In this document: positions 32,642-41,290 of the stretch, one piece after another | How the letters are laid out: every line of letters begins with the position of its first letter | Position numbering within the stretch: position 1 is the stretch's first letter | NCBI GenBank assembly: GCA_964386295.1 | Contig: CAYLRR010000001.1 | Coordinates: 178,116 to 242,115, forward strand | Direction of reading: 5' to 3' | From: an uncultured Neisseria sp. | Lineage (GTDB): Bacteria > Pseudomonadota > Gammaproteobacteria > Burkholderiales > UBA11063 | Length of the DNA stretch: 64,000 bases | Program-made: the position numbers and the translations under genes | The notes under the pieces: model-generated | Told to the model about the DNA's origin: nothing | Databases searched by the model: none | Seen by the model: only the letters and a program-made list of their open reading frames with translations

Positions 32642-32996
32642 TTAATTTGCTTTCAAAGCAAATTTTCTTGTTGCAAATATTGCTCCAGCTACACTAGCCA
32701 TTCCGCTTAACAGGAAAGCAAAGAATAAAACGATCGAAACTCTACCCATCTGATTTGTTACTGAATTAGCTTTATCTTTTACGTCAGGGGATTCTGTACT
32801 GTTATCCAAGGCTCGGCTTAGTGTTGACTATACTTATTCTACCACCGATAAAAGCTCCAGACGCAGCTGTAGTCATTAGTACAGTGATTAAAGTAGCCAG
32901 ACTCCAAGCGGCTACAGCATGACAACCACTTTTGAAACTATTGCCGAAAGAGCCCAACTCTCCCTTAGATTTCTGATTATTTATGGTTGTTTCCAT
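32642..32996 (-). pseudogene. Frameshifted membrane protein
   Basis: The 64-aa ORF (AWSLATLITVLMTTAASGAFIGG) continues in the +1 frame as ...DVKDKANSVTNQMGRVSIVLFFAFLLSGMASVAGAIFA...; shift lies between 32805 and 32827. Confidence 0.6.
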
Positions 32997-33102
32997 TTTT
33001 ATTCTTTCTTAATTTAATTATTAAAAAGGGAAATTATAATCTTCCCCCTTTATTCACTTATTTATTAGTTTGTTTTAAGGATTCGAGTCCTGCTTTTTTA
33101 AT

Positions 33103-33207
33103 CTAGTTATGCTCTTGCTTACTCGTAGATGGATGGCTTTTATCTTTATTACCGGTGCCTTTAGCGGTTGAAGAGCCACTTATATGTATTTGGTTATTAA
33201 TTGTCAT
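33103..33207 (-). CDS. Hydrophilic micropeptide (34 aa)
   Basis: GGAG RBS; MTINNQIHISGSSTAKGTGNKDKSHPSTSKQEHN; hairpin at 33078-33091 after the stop. Confidence 0.55.
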   Translation of the reverse strand: MTINNQIHISGSSTAKGTGNKDKSHPSTSKQEHN

Positions 33208-33276
33208 TTTAAATTCTCCATTTTAAATTTAATGAGTTTTTTGAGCTGTGATAGACTCACCGCTTGTCGAATCCTC

Positions 33277-33420
33277 TTAGGTATGCTTAGGCTCTTCTTT
33301 AGAAGAGGCTTCCTGGCTATTTGGGTTAGGAGCGTCAAAAGTATCTTCGTTCTGCTGTTGGCAATTAGTATTACCGTTATGTTGGTTATTATTACCCGAT
33401 TGGTTTTGGTTTGTATTCAT
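33277..33420 (-). CDS. Asn/Gln-rich micropeptide (47 aa)
   Basis: AAGGA RBS; MNTNQNQSGNNNQHNGNTNCQQQNEDTFDAPNPNSQEASSKEEPKHT. Confidence 0.55.
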   Translation of the reverse strand: MNTNQNQSGNNNQHNGNTNCQQQNEDTFDAPNPNSQEASSKEEPKHT

Positions 33421-33975
33421 TTAAGTTTCCTTAACTAAAAGTTAAACGGTTACTATTTATTTAAAATATACATACATCCCAGCAATTAAAAATAAAATGT
33501 AAATAATGAGAAAGAAAATAAAGAAAAGAATTCAGACGTAAAAAAGCGATGGCGTATGGAATTATAGTTTTGCCAACTAAATCTTTAAAAACATCTCAAT
33601 ATGTTAGTTATGGGTGAACTATTTATCTGTCGATGTTTCTCTAACTCCCTTGATGAAATGACATAGTAACATGATATGGTTCACCCCAATACGATTATTA
33701 GAAGTGAAATTCTTTGGGATAACCTTATGGTAAATTTTATAAGCATGGTACTGCTCTACTAACCTAATGGCATTATAAATTAATATTAGTAAAATCCAAT
33801 TATCCATTAGCTAAATGTATAAATATATTTGCACGTTATATTCTGGTAATGTGTTATAGTTGGTTTGTAAGTGAAATTTAGTTAGACTAATCACATCTTC
33901 TTGCTGACAACATTATTTGTGCTAAGAATTTCTAGATATCTTAATTAAGAAACAGTAATAGAGAAAGAATTAACC

Positions 33976-34299
33976 ATGAATAAGAAGTTGCTAGATCCGG
34001 ATGGGGGCTATTTTATGACAACAGCCAAACTCAGAGCTCTCAAAAATAAGGTCAAGGTAAAGAAAATCCTCCCTATAAACAAGTTGGGAGTTATAGCTGA
34101 TATTTTTGGAAGTCAAAAATCCCGGACAGGATTAAAGCTAGAAGGAGATATAATTGCTCCTATGAATTACGAAGATGAGGATGATGAGGCAACAATTAAA
34201 ATAAAGAAAAGGAATACGCCACTGCGCATTTGCGATAACGCTGAACTTGATCAATTCTATGCAATTGGATTCAAGGATCTGTTACCCATTACCATCTAG
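33976..34299 (+). CDS. Hypothetical small protein, paralog of 23928..24245
   Basis: GGYFMTTAKLRALK and KKRNTPLRICDNAELDQFY motifs. Confidence 0.75.
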   Translation: MNKKLLDPDGGYFMTTAKLRALKNKVKVKKILPINKLGVIADIFGSQKSRTGLKLEGDIIAPMNYEDEDDEATIKIKKRNTPLRICDNAELDQFYAIGFKDLLPITI

Positions 34300-34425
34300 G
34301 CTTATTTATAATAGCCAGCGGTTCCTCTGCTTTGCTGGGAGCCCTCTAATATTTTAGCTTGTAACTTGCGTATGCTAACGCTTGAACTGTAAATTTATCA
34401 ATTATCTTTTTGGAAATAATATAAA

Positions 34426-34677
34426 ATGTACAAGAATCAAAAAACCCCAAACTCTAGATTGTATGTCGGTGAATTGGACCACAAAGTAACTGTTGAAGTA
34501 CTAAAGGAACTATTTAGCAGATACGGAACAGTATTATCAACAACTTTAAGTAAATCCCAGTCTCCTGATCTCAATTTTGGGTTTATAAGTATGTCAAGCC
34601 TTTATGAAGCTAGAGCGTGCGTTGAGAACTTAAATAATTTTATTGTTAATGATAACCCTATAATAGTTAGGTTTTGA
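34426..34677 (+). CDS. RRM (RNA recognition motif) protein, divergent
   Basis: RNP2 LYVGEL, RNP1 NFGFISM. Confidence 0.85.
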   Translation: MYKNQKTPNSRLYVGELDHKVTVEVLKELFSRYGTVLSTTLSKSQSPDLNFGFISMSSLYEARACVENLNNFIVNDNPIIVRF

Positions 34678-34854
34678 GTCTAATATAGCAAATATTTCAA
34701 AGAAACATTTGCTATATTCAAGAATTATGTGTTACACTGAAAAATAATCCAATTAAATACTTCTTAGTCAATTATCACATTGTATTTGCTACCGCAACAC
34801 TTTGCCTTACTTTTCTAACCTCAGCATTTAGTTACTTTATTATAATCAATTTAC

Positions 34855-35160
34855 ATGGAACTCATAATGAAAAAGTCCCTATTCGTTGCAGGTCTTGACT
34901 ATGCAATTACTAACGAAAATTTAAAAGAAATCTTTAGCGCTTATGGCATAGTAGAAACTGCTAAAGTAGTTACAGACAAATTCTCAGGCCAAAGCCGTGG
35001 CTTTGGTTTTGTAGATATGTCAACTCAAGAAGAAGCGCAAAATTGCATTAACAGCTTAAATAACTCGACAGTAAACAGCAGACAAATTGTTGTTAAGTTT
35101 AAAGAAGACAAGCCATCAGAAAACCGAAACCAGAGTAGAGGTTATAACTCTCGCTGGTAA
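34855..35160 (+). CDS. RRM protein, canonical bacterial Rbp type
   Basis: RNP2 LFVAGL, RNP1 SRGFGFVDM, short R/N/S-rich tail; likely start 34867. Confidence 0.93.
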   Translation: MELIMKKSLFVAGLDYAITNENLKEIFSAYGIVETAKVVTDKFSGQSRGFGFVDMSTQEEAQNCINSLNNSTVNSRQIVVKFKEDKPSENRNQSRGYNSRW

Positions 35161-35218
35161 ATAATTTATTTGTAGTAGTTACTAAATTAGTTTTGTAACT
35201 ACTACAATCAAGGAATAT

Positions 35219-35548
35219 ATGAATTTAGAGAATTTTGATATTTATCAAAAAGAAATCATTAAAAATAGTCTTGCTGATGGAATAAATCCATCAAGCTTTG
35301 CAAGACCAACAATTAGCTCATTTAATATGCAAGTAGCAGCTTATGCTCTTAGCCAAAATATTAACCTTAGTAAATACTTAGACGACTTTGATTTTGAACA
35401 GTTGAACGAAATCAGGCTAGCTATAAAATTTAAATTAAAAGCTTCAAAAATTGCTATTATTGGAATGTCAGCCAGAGAAATGTATCTAAAACGAATTGCT
35501 TTAATGAAAAGCCGTAAACAGTTGTCATCTAATCTTCAGTCTGCCTAG
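35219..35548 (+). CDS. Small helical-repeat protein
   Basis: Imperfect ~25-aa repeats FDIYQKEIIKNSLADGINPSSFA / FDFEQLNEIRLAIKFKLKASKIA. Confidence 0.65.
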   Translation: MNLENFDIYQKEIIKNSLADGINPSSFARPTISSFNMQVAAYALSQNINLSKYLDDFDFEQLNEIRLAIKFKLKASKIAIIGMSAREMYLKRIALMKSRKQLSSNLQSA

Positions 35549-35590
35549 ATTGCTTTTTAAGCCCATTAATGATAGAAAGGGCTATCTCCT

Positions 35591-36490
35591 ATGAAAAAAA
35601 CCTTGTTAAATTTTAGTATCTTCGTTGTTTATTTGTTGAGCTGGTTGCCGCTGGAAATTATCCGTTATATGGGTAATCTCCTTGGAACAATAGGATACTA
35701 CTTAGCTGCTAACCGTAGAAAAGTCGGGTTACGCAATTTAAGCTTATGTTTTCCAGATATGACTGAGCAACCAAAACAAAAAATCATCAAGCAACATTTT
35801 AAAGATCTCTTGACAGCGGGCTTAGAATACAGCACAGTTTTTTATGGCAGTAAAAAAAGGATAAAGCAATTTGTAGAAATTGATAACTTGGGAGAAGTAA
35901 AAAAATACCACTTAAAAAGACCAATCATCTTATTAGCTCCACATTTTGTTGGCCTTGAACTTGGTGCTATGCGCTTAAGTATGGAAATGGATTTAAGCAG
36001 CATCTACTCTAAGCAAAAAAGTGAGCTATTAACCAAGCGCTTAAAAAAAGCCAGGTTAAGATTCATGGCAGAAGGTAATAGTATCTTATCCTCTAGACAA
36101 GAAGGCCTTAGGAGTATTATAAAACATATAAAACGAACTAATACGCCTTTCTATTATTTACCCGACCAGGATTTTGGTGAAACTGATTCTATATATGCAC
36201 CGTTTTTCGGGCAAAAAAGCTGCGCAACTATTACAACCCTTGCAAAACTAGTTAAACTGACTAATGCAGTTGTAATTCCGATGGCTACTTATCGGTTCAA
36301 TAATAAATATCGAGTTGTACTTGGTAAAGCTTGGGAACCATATCCGGAAGAAAATGAGCGTGCTAGTGTCATTAGGATGAACAAATGCATTGAAGCCATG
36401 ATTGAACCACATATTGAACAATATTTTTGGCTGCATAAACGCTTTAAAACTCAACCGGATGGAAGACATAAGCTATATCAATTTAATTAA
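35591..36490 (+). CDS. Lipid A late acyltransferase (LpxL/HtrB/LpxP family)
   Basis: APHFVGLE HX4E motif, YLPDQDFG, APFFG, EQYFWLHKRFKT. Confidence 0.93.
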   Translation: MKKTLLNFSIFVVYLLSWLPLEIIRYMGNLLGTIGYYLAANRRKVGLRNLSLCFPDMTEQPKQKIIKQHFKDLLTAGLEYSTVFYGSKKRIKQFVEIDNLGEVKKYHLKRPIILLAPHFVGLELGAMRLSMEMDLSSIYSKQKSELLTKRLKKARLRFMAEGNSILSSRQEGLRSIIKHIKRTNTPFYYLPDQDFGETDSIYAPFFGQKSCATITTLAKLVKLTNAVVIPMATYRFNNKYRVVLGKAWEPYPEENERASVIRMNKCIEAMIEPHIEQYFWLHKRFKTQPDGRHKLYQFN

Positions 36491-36541
36491 AAATTCCCTC
36501 TATGGTTAAGAAATTAAAGAAAATTAAAGGAGTAAATTGTA

Positions 36542-36676
36542 ATGACTAATGAAGAGCTACAAAAAGTGTTAGAACAAATGAGAAATGAAGTAGAGCTGCA
36601 AAATAAACTGATTAATGATTTGACCAATAGGGTTTTGGTTGCTGAGAGAAAAATACGCAGATTAATAGCAAGTTAA
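36542..36676 (+). CDS. Small coiled-coil protein (44 aa), not in the ORF track
   Basis: AAGGAG RBS; MTNEELQKVLEQMRNEVELQNKLINDLTNRVLVAERKIRRLIAS. Confidence 0.6.
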   Translation: MTNEELQKVLEQMRNEVELQNKLINDLTNRVLVAERKIRRLIAS

Positions 36677-36706
36677 CCATATAAGTTTACAAAATATGCA
36701 AGATGA

Positions 36707-37088
36707 AAAAATGCTGCAATAAATTTAAAATTTTCCCATATCCACATAATAACTCAGTATCAAATAACAAGTAATTTAAATGATTTTGTCTTTTTAAATC
36801 CAGATAATATGAAATGCTGGCAAGACGATCAAATTGATTAGACGAAGGTGGAGTAAGTTGTTTGATGATAAAGAAGTAAGATACAGATACCCCTACCAGA
36901 TGCGACATACTTACGCTTCTACCTTATTAAGTAATGGGGAAAATATAGCCTGGATAGCAACACAGATGGGGCATATCAATACTGAAATGGTAATCAGGAA
37001 TTACGGAGAATTTATTCCTAATAGTAACTTGCTTGGCGGCTATACACTAAAGGGCAAAATAGATTTAGTTACCAAATTGTCACCTTGA
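36707..37088 (+). pseudogene. 5'-truncated, frameshifted phage-type tyrosine integrase
   Basis: NDFVFLNPDNMKCWQDDQ / +1 shift near 36833 / IRRRWSKLF...RYRYPYQMRHTYASTLLSNGENIAWIATQMGHINTEMVIRNY. Confidence 0.9.
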
Positions 37089-37103
37089 ACCACCAACCCT
37101 ATC

Positions 37104-37116
37104 TAACATATTGATT
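37104..37116 (-). promoter_or_regulatory. IHF consensus box in the att arm (second box at 31243-31255)
   Basis: AATCAATATGTTA matches WATCAANNNNTTR exactly; the distal copy AATCAATATGTGA has one mismatch. Confidence 0.55.
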
Positions 37117-37130
37117 CTATTAGGTATTTG

Positions 37131-37514
37131 TGGTGGAGATGGCGGGAATTGAACCCGCGTCCGAAAGTCCTCTACAACGAGTACTACATACTTAGTTAAG
37201 TCTTTTGGCATTCGCCAAAATTACGCCGGCTTAACAGGCTTAATTTCAGCTAACCGCTTAGTTTCAACCTAAATCTGCGGTAAATTTAGATCTAAGCCTA
37301 TTTGATTGGCGTTACAGCTTAACCAATAGGCAAGTTAAGTGTAACGGAGCAGAACTTAAGCTGCTGCAGCGGCCATAACAGAATCGTTAGATGCTGCTAG
37401 GTCGAATTTTTTAAATGTGTTTGCATTTACTTTGTTTACAGTGTTTTACGTGGGCTGTGATCACGGTATGCACTCTGATTGCTTTGTCACCCCCGTCGAA
37501 GCCATGTCATCCCC
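37131..37514 (-). ncRNA. ssrA: tmRNA
   Basis: 5' GGGGATGACATGGCTTCGAC, 3' GGTTCAATTCCCGCCATCTCCACCA, G3-U pair in the acceptor stem, tag ORF 37424-37356. Confidence 0.97.
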
Positions 37515-37620
37515 GAGGTACAATTTTGTCAGTAAGGTATTATACTATAATTCCCCTAAACGTGGATAGATAAAAAATTAGGCAAACCCTTTTGCTGTAA
37601 TATTTGTTAGGAATTATCGA

Positions 37621-38019
37621 TTATAATCTATAAATTTCCAGCTCTTTATAACCTGTGATTGGCTCATACTCTCGCTTGAATTGGTAATTCATCAATTCTA
37701 CAATTACTATCTCAGCGGTAGTATGGATAATATTCCCATCCATTAAATGGCCACCAATTACCTTACCATTTGCATCAGCAAGGCTAATATGTAAATGTAA
37801 CCCGGTATTGGCTAAGGTACCTACTAAAGAAACAATCTCATAATTATTTATCTGTTGATAATATTCTTTAGCACTCGCCAATCTTAAATTTACCTCAGCC
37901 AAACTGCCAACACAGGTCACAATGGCAGCTGAGGTCAGGTTATTATTACGAGCATAGTCCGCTAAAGCACCCTTCAAGTCTGCCCCTGGTTTTAAGCGAA
38001 TTGGATGAAATTTATACAT
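37621..38019 (-). CDS. PPC/DUF296 domain protein
   Basis: IRLKPGADL, TCVGSL, EIVSLVGT, HLHISLAD...GGHL. Confidence 0.93.
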   Translation of the reverse strand: MYKFHPIRLKPGADLKGALADYARNNNLTSAAIVTCVGSLAEVNLRLASAKEYYQQINNYEIVSLVGTLANTGLHLHISLADANGKVIGGHLMDGNIIHTTAEIVIVELMNYQFKREYEPITGYKELEIYRL

Positions 38020-39231
38020 TTAGTGATCAGGTAAAAATTGTTTAAAATAAAGAGCACAGCTAGAAGCTAGCCAAGTAGTTACAATAGCCATAATGATTAA
38101 AATGGTAAAGACCTGTAAACTGATTAAACCTACTTCCCAAGCAATCTTCATCATTACCACTTCGACTACTCCGCGAATATTTAGTACTGATGCCAGAAAC
38201 ATCGATTCCTTATTTGAATAGCCAAGGATCCTGCTGCCAAAAACTACGCCGATAAACTTGCCGACAAAAGCAATTATTGTTGCGGCTAACCCTAGCAATA
38301 ATATTTTTGAATTTGTAATTAGACTAATATTAGTAAGGGCACCGATTTTGGCAAAAAATATCGGGAGCAATAATACAGTTGTAAAGTCATCAATTTTAGA
38401 GCGCATTTGCTTAATCATCTTATTATCACGAGGCAGCATTAAACCAAAAACAAAGCCGCCAAATACCTGATGTAAATCGACTGAATCAGCAAGCACTGCA
38501 GAGATAAAGCAACCAACAATCATAAAACCCAACATCGTACGATGATGGCTAATACGGCCGACAATAAATCTGATTAGTGGAGGGAAAACAAAAAGGATTG
38601 AGATCATATAAATAGTAAAAATTATCCCCTCACCAATTTGTAATATATCGTTGGTCTGGAAATAAACCAGCATTGCCGCAAAAAAGACCCAAAAGATTAC
38701 GTCTTCAGAGCTAGCAGATAAAAGCGCAACATGAGAAATTTTTCGGTTTAATAAATTAGCATGAGCCAAAAACAATGAAACCAGAGCAAATGCAGCTATC
38801 GACATCGATAAACCGACTAAAACTGCAAATTGGGAATACTTGATGTATGAGACAGCTTCAGCATTCAATGGATATAAATAACGGGCAAACCATACGCCCG
38901 CTATAAAAGGAACTAACATTCCGAATATAGAAACTAATACGTTTGATTTCTTTTCATGAACGATGGCAAAATCAAAGCGTGTGCCTAACGTCATCATGAA
39001 GAGAATTATTCCCATATTCCCAAGTGCACTACAACTATCAAGATCAAAATATTCTTTAGGCAGATGCAAATTAGTTACAATTGCCCCAGCAACAATGCCA
39101 CCGAGAACCATAGGTTTATTGAATCGGCCCATGAACTTATAAAGTACTGCTGTAATAGTTATTATTACGAAAACAGTAAATAACATCTTATCAACATCAT
39201 CAAAAATATTGATAGGCATAATCGCCTCCAT
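38020..39231 (-). CDS. Cation:proton antiporter (CPA2)
   Basis: Multi-TM protein; LPIFFAKIG, LNIRGVVEVV. Confidence 0.9.
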   Translation of the reverse strand: MEAIMPINIFDDVDKMLFTVFVIITITAVLYKFMGRFNKPMVLGGIVAGAIVTNLHLPKEYFDLDSCSALGNMGIILFMMTLGTRFDFAIVHEKKSNVLVSIFGMLVPFIAGVWFARYLYPLNAEAVSYIKYSQFAVLVGLSMSIAAFALVSLFLAHANLLNRKISHVALLSASSEDVIFWVFFAAMLVYFQTNDILQIGEGIIFTIYMISILFVFPPLIRFIVGRISHHRTMLGFMIVGCFISAVLADSVDLHQVFGGFVFGLMLPRDNKMIKQMRSKIDDFTTVLLLPIFFAKIGALTNISLITNSKILLLGLAATIIAFVGKFIGVVFGSRILGYSNKESMFLASVLNIRGVVEVVMMKIAWEVGLISLQVFTILIIMAIVTTWLASSCALYFKQFLPDH

Positions 39232-39248
39232 TTATTTTATTGCATCAA

Positions 39249-39908
39249 TTACAGCTTTTTAGTTTTAGCTACCCCGGAGTGAAAATAATCACAATAAAGA
39301 GTTAAATCACATTGTTCACATAGCGGGCGCCTGGCTTTACAAATATATCTTCCATGCAGGATTAACCAGTGATGTGCATCTAGTAAAAACTCATCAGGAA
39401 TCACTTTTATTAACTTTTTCTCAACATCTACTACTGTCTTACCTTTAGCTATGCCAAGTCTATTGGCTACCCTAAATACATGCGTATCAACTGCCATAAC
39501 GGCTTCTTTGTATAAGGTATTTAATATAACATTTGCAGTTTTACGGCCAACACCAGGCAGAGCTTCAAGCTCATCCCGTGAACGAGGAACTTCCCCATCA
39601 TATTTTTGTGCCAGGATTTGGGCCATTGCAATAATATTTTTTGCTTTTGACTTATATAAACCGATGGTTTTAATATATGGCGTTAAGCCATCCACCCCTA
39701 ATTCGACCAGCTTCGCTGCAGTATTTGCTACTTTAAATAAAATATCGGTAGCTTTATTAACCCCTGCATCCGTCGATTGAGCAGAGAGTATCACGGCAAC
39801 CAGAAGCTCAAACCCAGTTGAAAACTTCAGTTCAGTTGTCGGTGTTGGGTTTGCTGCACGCAAAATCGTAAAAATTTGCCGGGATTGCTCAGAACGTTTT
39901 TTTAACAT
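39249..39908 (-). CDS. nth: Endonuclease III
   Basis: HhH LPGVGRKTA, VDTHV, CxxxxxxCxxCxxxxxC cluster. Confidence 0.98.
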   Translation of the reverse strand: MLKKRSEQSRQIFTILRAANPTPTTELKFSTGFELLVAVILSAQSTDAGVNKATDILFKVANTAAKLVELGVDGLTPYIKTIGLYKSKAKNIIAMAQILAQKYDGEVPRSRDELEALPGVGRKTANVILNTLYKEAVMAVDTHVFRVANRLGIAKGKTVVDVEKKLIKVIPDEFLLDAHHWLILHGRYICKARRPLCEQCDLTLYCDYFHSGVAKTKKL

Positions 39909-41290
39909 TAATACTCACTCTCCCACTCGTAAGCTAAATTTTCGAATCTGGTATATTGATTTAAGAAGGCTAATTTAATCGTGCCAGTTGATCCGCTACG
40001 GTTTTTGGCAATATTAACTTCAGCAATTCCTTTTTCTTTACTGTCTTCCCGGTTGTAATAGTCATCACGGTAGAGTAATAAAATAATATCGGCATCCTGC
40101 TCTAACGCACCTGATTCACGCAAGTCAGAAATATTTGGACGTTTATCGGTGCGGCTCTCAACATCACGATTTAATTGAGATAAAAGGATAATAGGCACAT
40201 CCAGTTCCAAGGCCAAGGTTTTCAGCGAGCGTGAGATTTCAGCAATTTCTTGTGCCCTATTTGATCCTGGCCCACTATTTATTCCACTCATAATCTGGAC
40301 ATAGTCAATTACAATCAAGCCAAGCTTCCCTACCCGATCGGCAAGCCGTCTTGCACGGGCCCGCAGGTCGATTACATTAATTCCGGAAGTCTCAGCAATA
40401 TGTATCGGAGCACTTTTAAGTTCACTCATCGCGATATAGATTTTTTCCATATCATCATGGGTTAGTTCCCCCCGTTTCATCGCACTTTGATCAACTTTGG
40501 CACACGAGCTTAGCATCCTTTGAACTAGCTGCACTCCAGGCATCTCTAAAGAAAACACCGCTACCGGCATTTTATTTTTTAACGCGATATTTTCTGCAAT
40601 ATTGAGCGCAAATGAAGTTTTCCCCATACCCGGACGGCCAGCAATAATGATGAGTTCACCACGCTGTAGTCCTGAAGTATAATTATCTAATTCCATGTAA
40701 TGGGTTGCAACTCCAGTTATACCGTCTTTATCTTCACGTTGTGAAGCTTCCATCATTTTTTTTATCACTTCATCAAGTAGATCCTTAAATTGGGCAAATT
40801 GCTTATTGCTCGAATTTAAATCCTTGATATTAAAGATCTTTTGCTCAGATTCATCTAGTATCTGGTCAATATTGCGGCCTTGCGGAGCGTAGGCAGTATC
40901 TGCGATGGTATTACTAACTGAAATTAATTCACGCAGGATAAAACGCTCACGGATAATTTCAGCATAGCTTTGTATATTAGTTGAGCTTACAGTTGACTCA
41001 ACTAAATTATGCAAATATTCTACCCCACCGATAAAATCTAATTTATTGTGCAGCTTTAAAGATTCTGCCACAGTAATTGCGTCTACATTTTTATTTTCGG
41101 CTCTTAATTTTGCAATATGCTCGAATATAACCTGATGTTCTTTGCGATAAAAGTGTTTATCAAATAATACCCCAGCAATATAGTCATAGGAAGTCTCATC
41201 CAGCAGTATCCCACCGATAAGAAATTGTTCCGCTTCTAGGGAATACGGTGGAGTTTTTAAAGAGGTTATATTATTAGTTGGTGAAGACAT
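39908..41290 (-). CDS. dnaB: Replicative DNA helicase
   Basis: PPYSLEAEQ, AGRPGMGKT, DYVQIM, LRESGALEQDAD; start set at MSSPT (41290) rather than the GTG at 41359. Confidence 0.97.
   Translation of the reverse strand: MSSPTNNITSLKTPPYSLEAEQFLIGGILLDETSYDYIAGVLFDKHFYRKEHQVIFEHIAKLRAENKNVDAITVAESLKLHNKLDFIGGVEYLHNLVESTVSSTNIQSYAEIIRERFILRELISVSNTIADTAYAPQGRNIDQILDESEQKIFNIKDLNSSNKQFAQFKDLLDEVIKKMMEASQREDKDGITGVATHYMELDNYTSGLQRGELIIIAGRPGMGKTSFALNIAENIALKNKMPVAVFSLEMPGVQLVQRMLSSCAKVDQSAMKRGELTHDDMEKIYIAMSELKSAPIHIAETSGINVIDLRARARRLADRVGKLGLIVIDYVQIMSGINSGPGSNRAQEIAEISRSLKTLALELDVPIILLSQLNRDVESRTDKRPNISDLRESGALEQDADIILLLYRDDYYNREDSKEKGIAEVNIAKNRSGSTGTIKLAFLNQYTRFENLAYEWESEY

Larger units (their letters stand above)
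31213..37155. mobile_element. Decayed genomic island integrated at the tmRNA 3' end
   Basis: att repeats at both ends, IHF-like boxes inside both ends, and an integrase relic adjacent to ssrA. Confidence 0.65.

Noticed and set aside
32802-32996. Bacteriocin/microcin precursor
   Set aside because: The frame continues after a +1 shift into a second TM segment, which fits a broken membrane protein better; no transporter or immunity gene nearby
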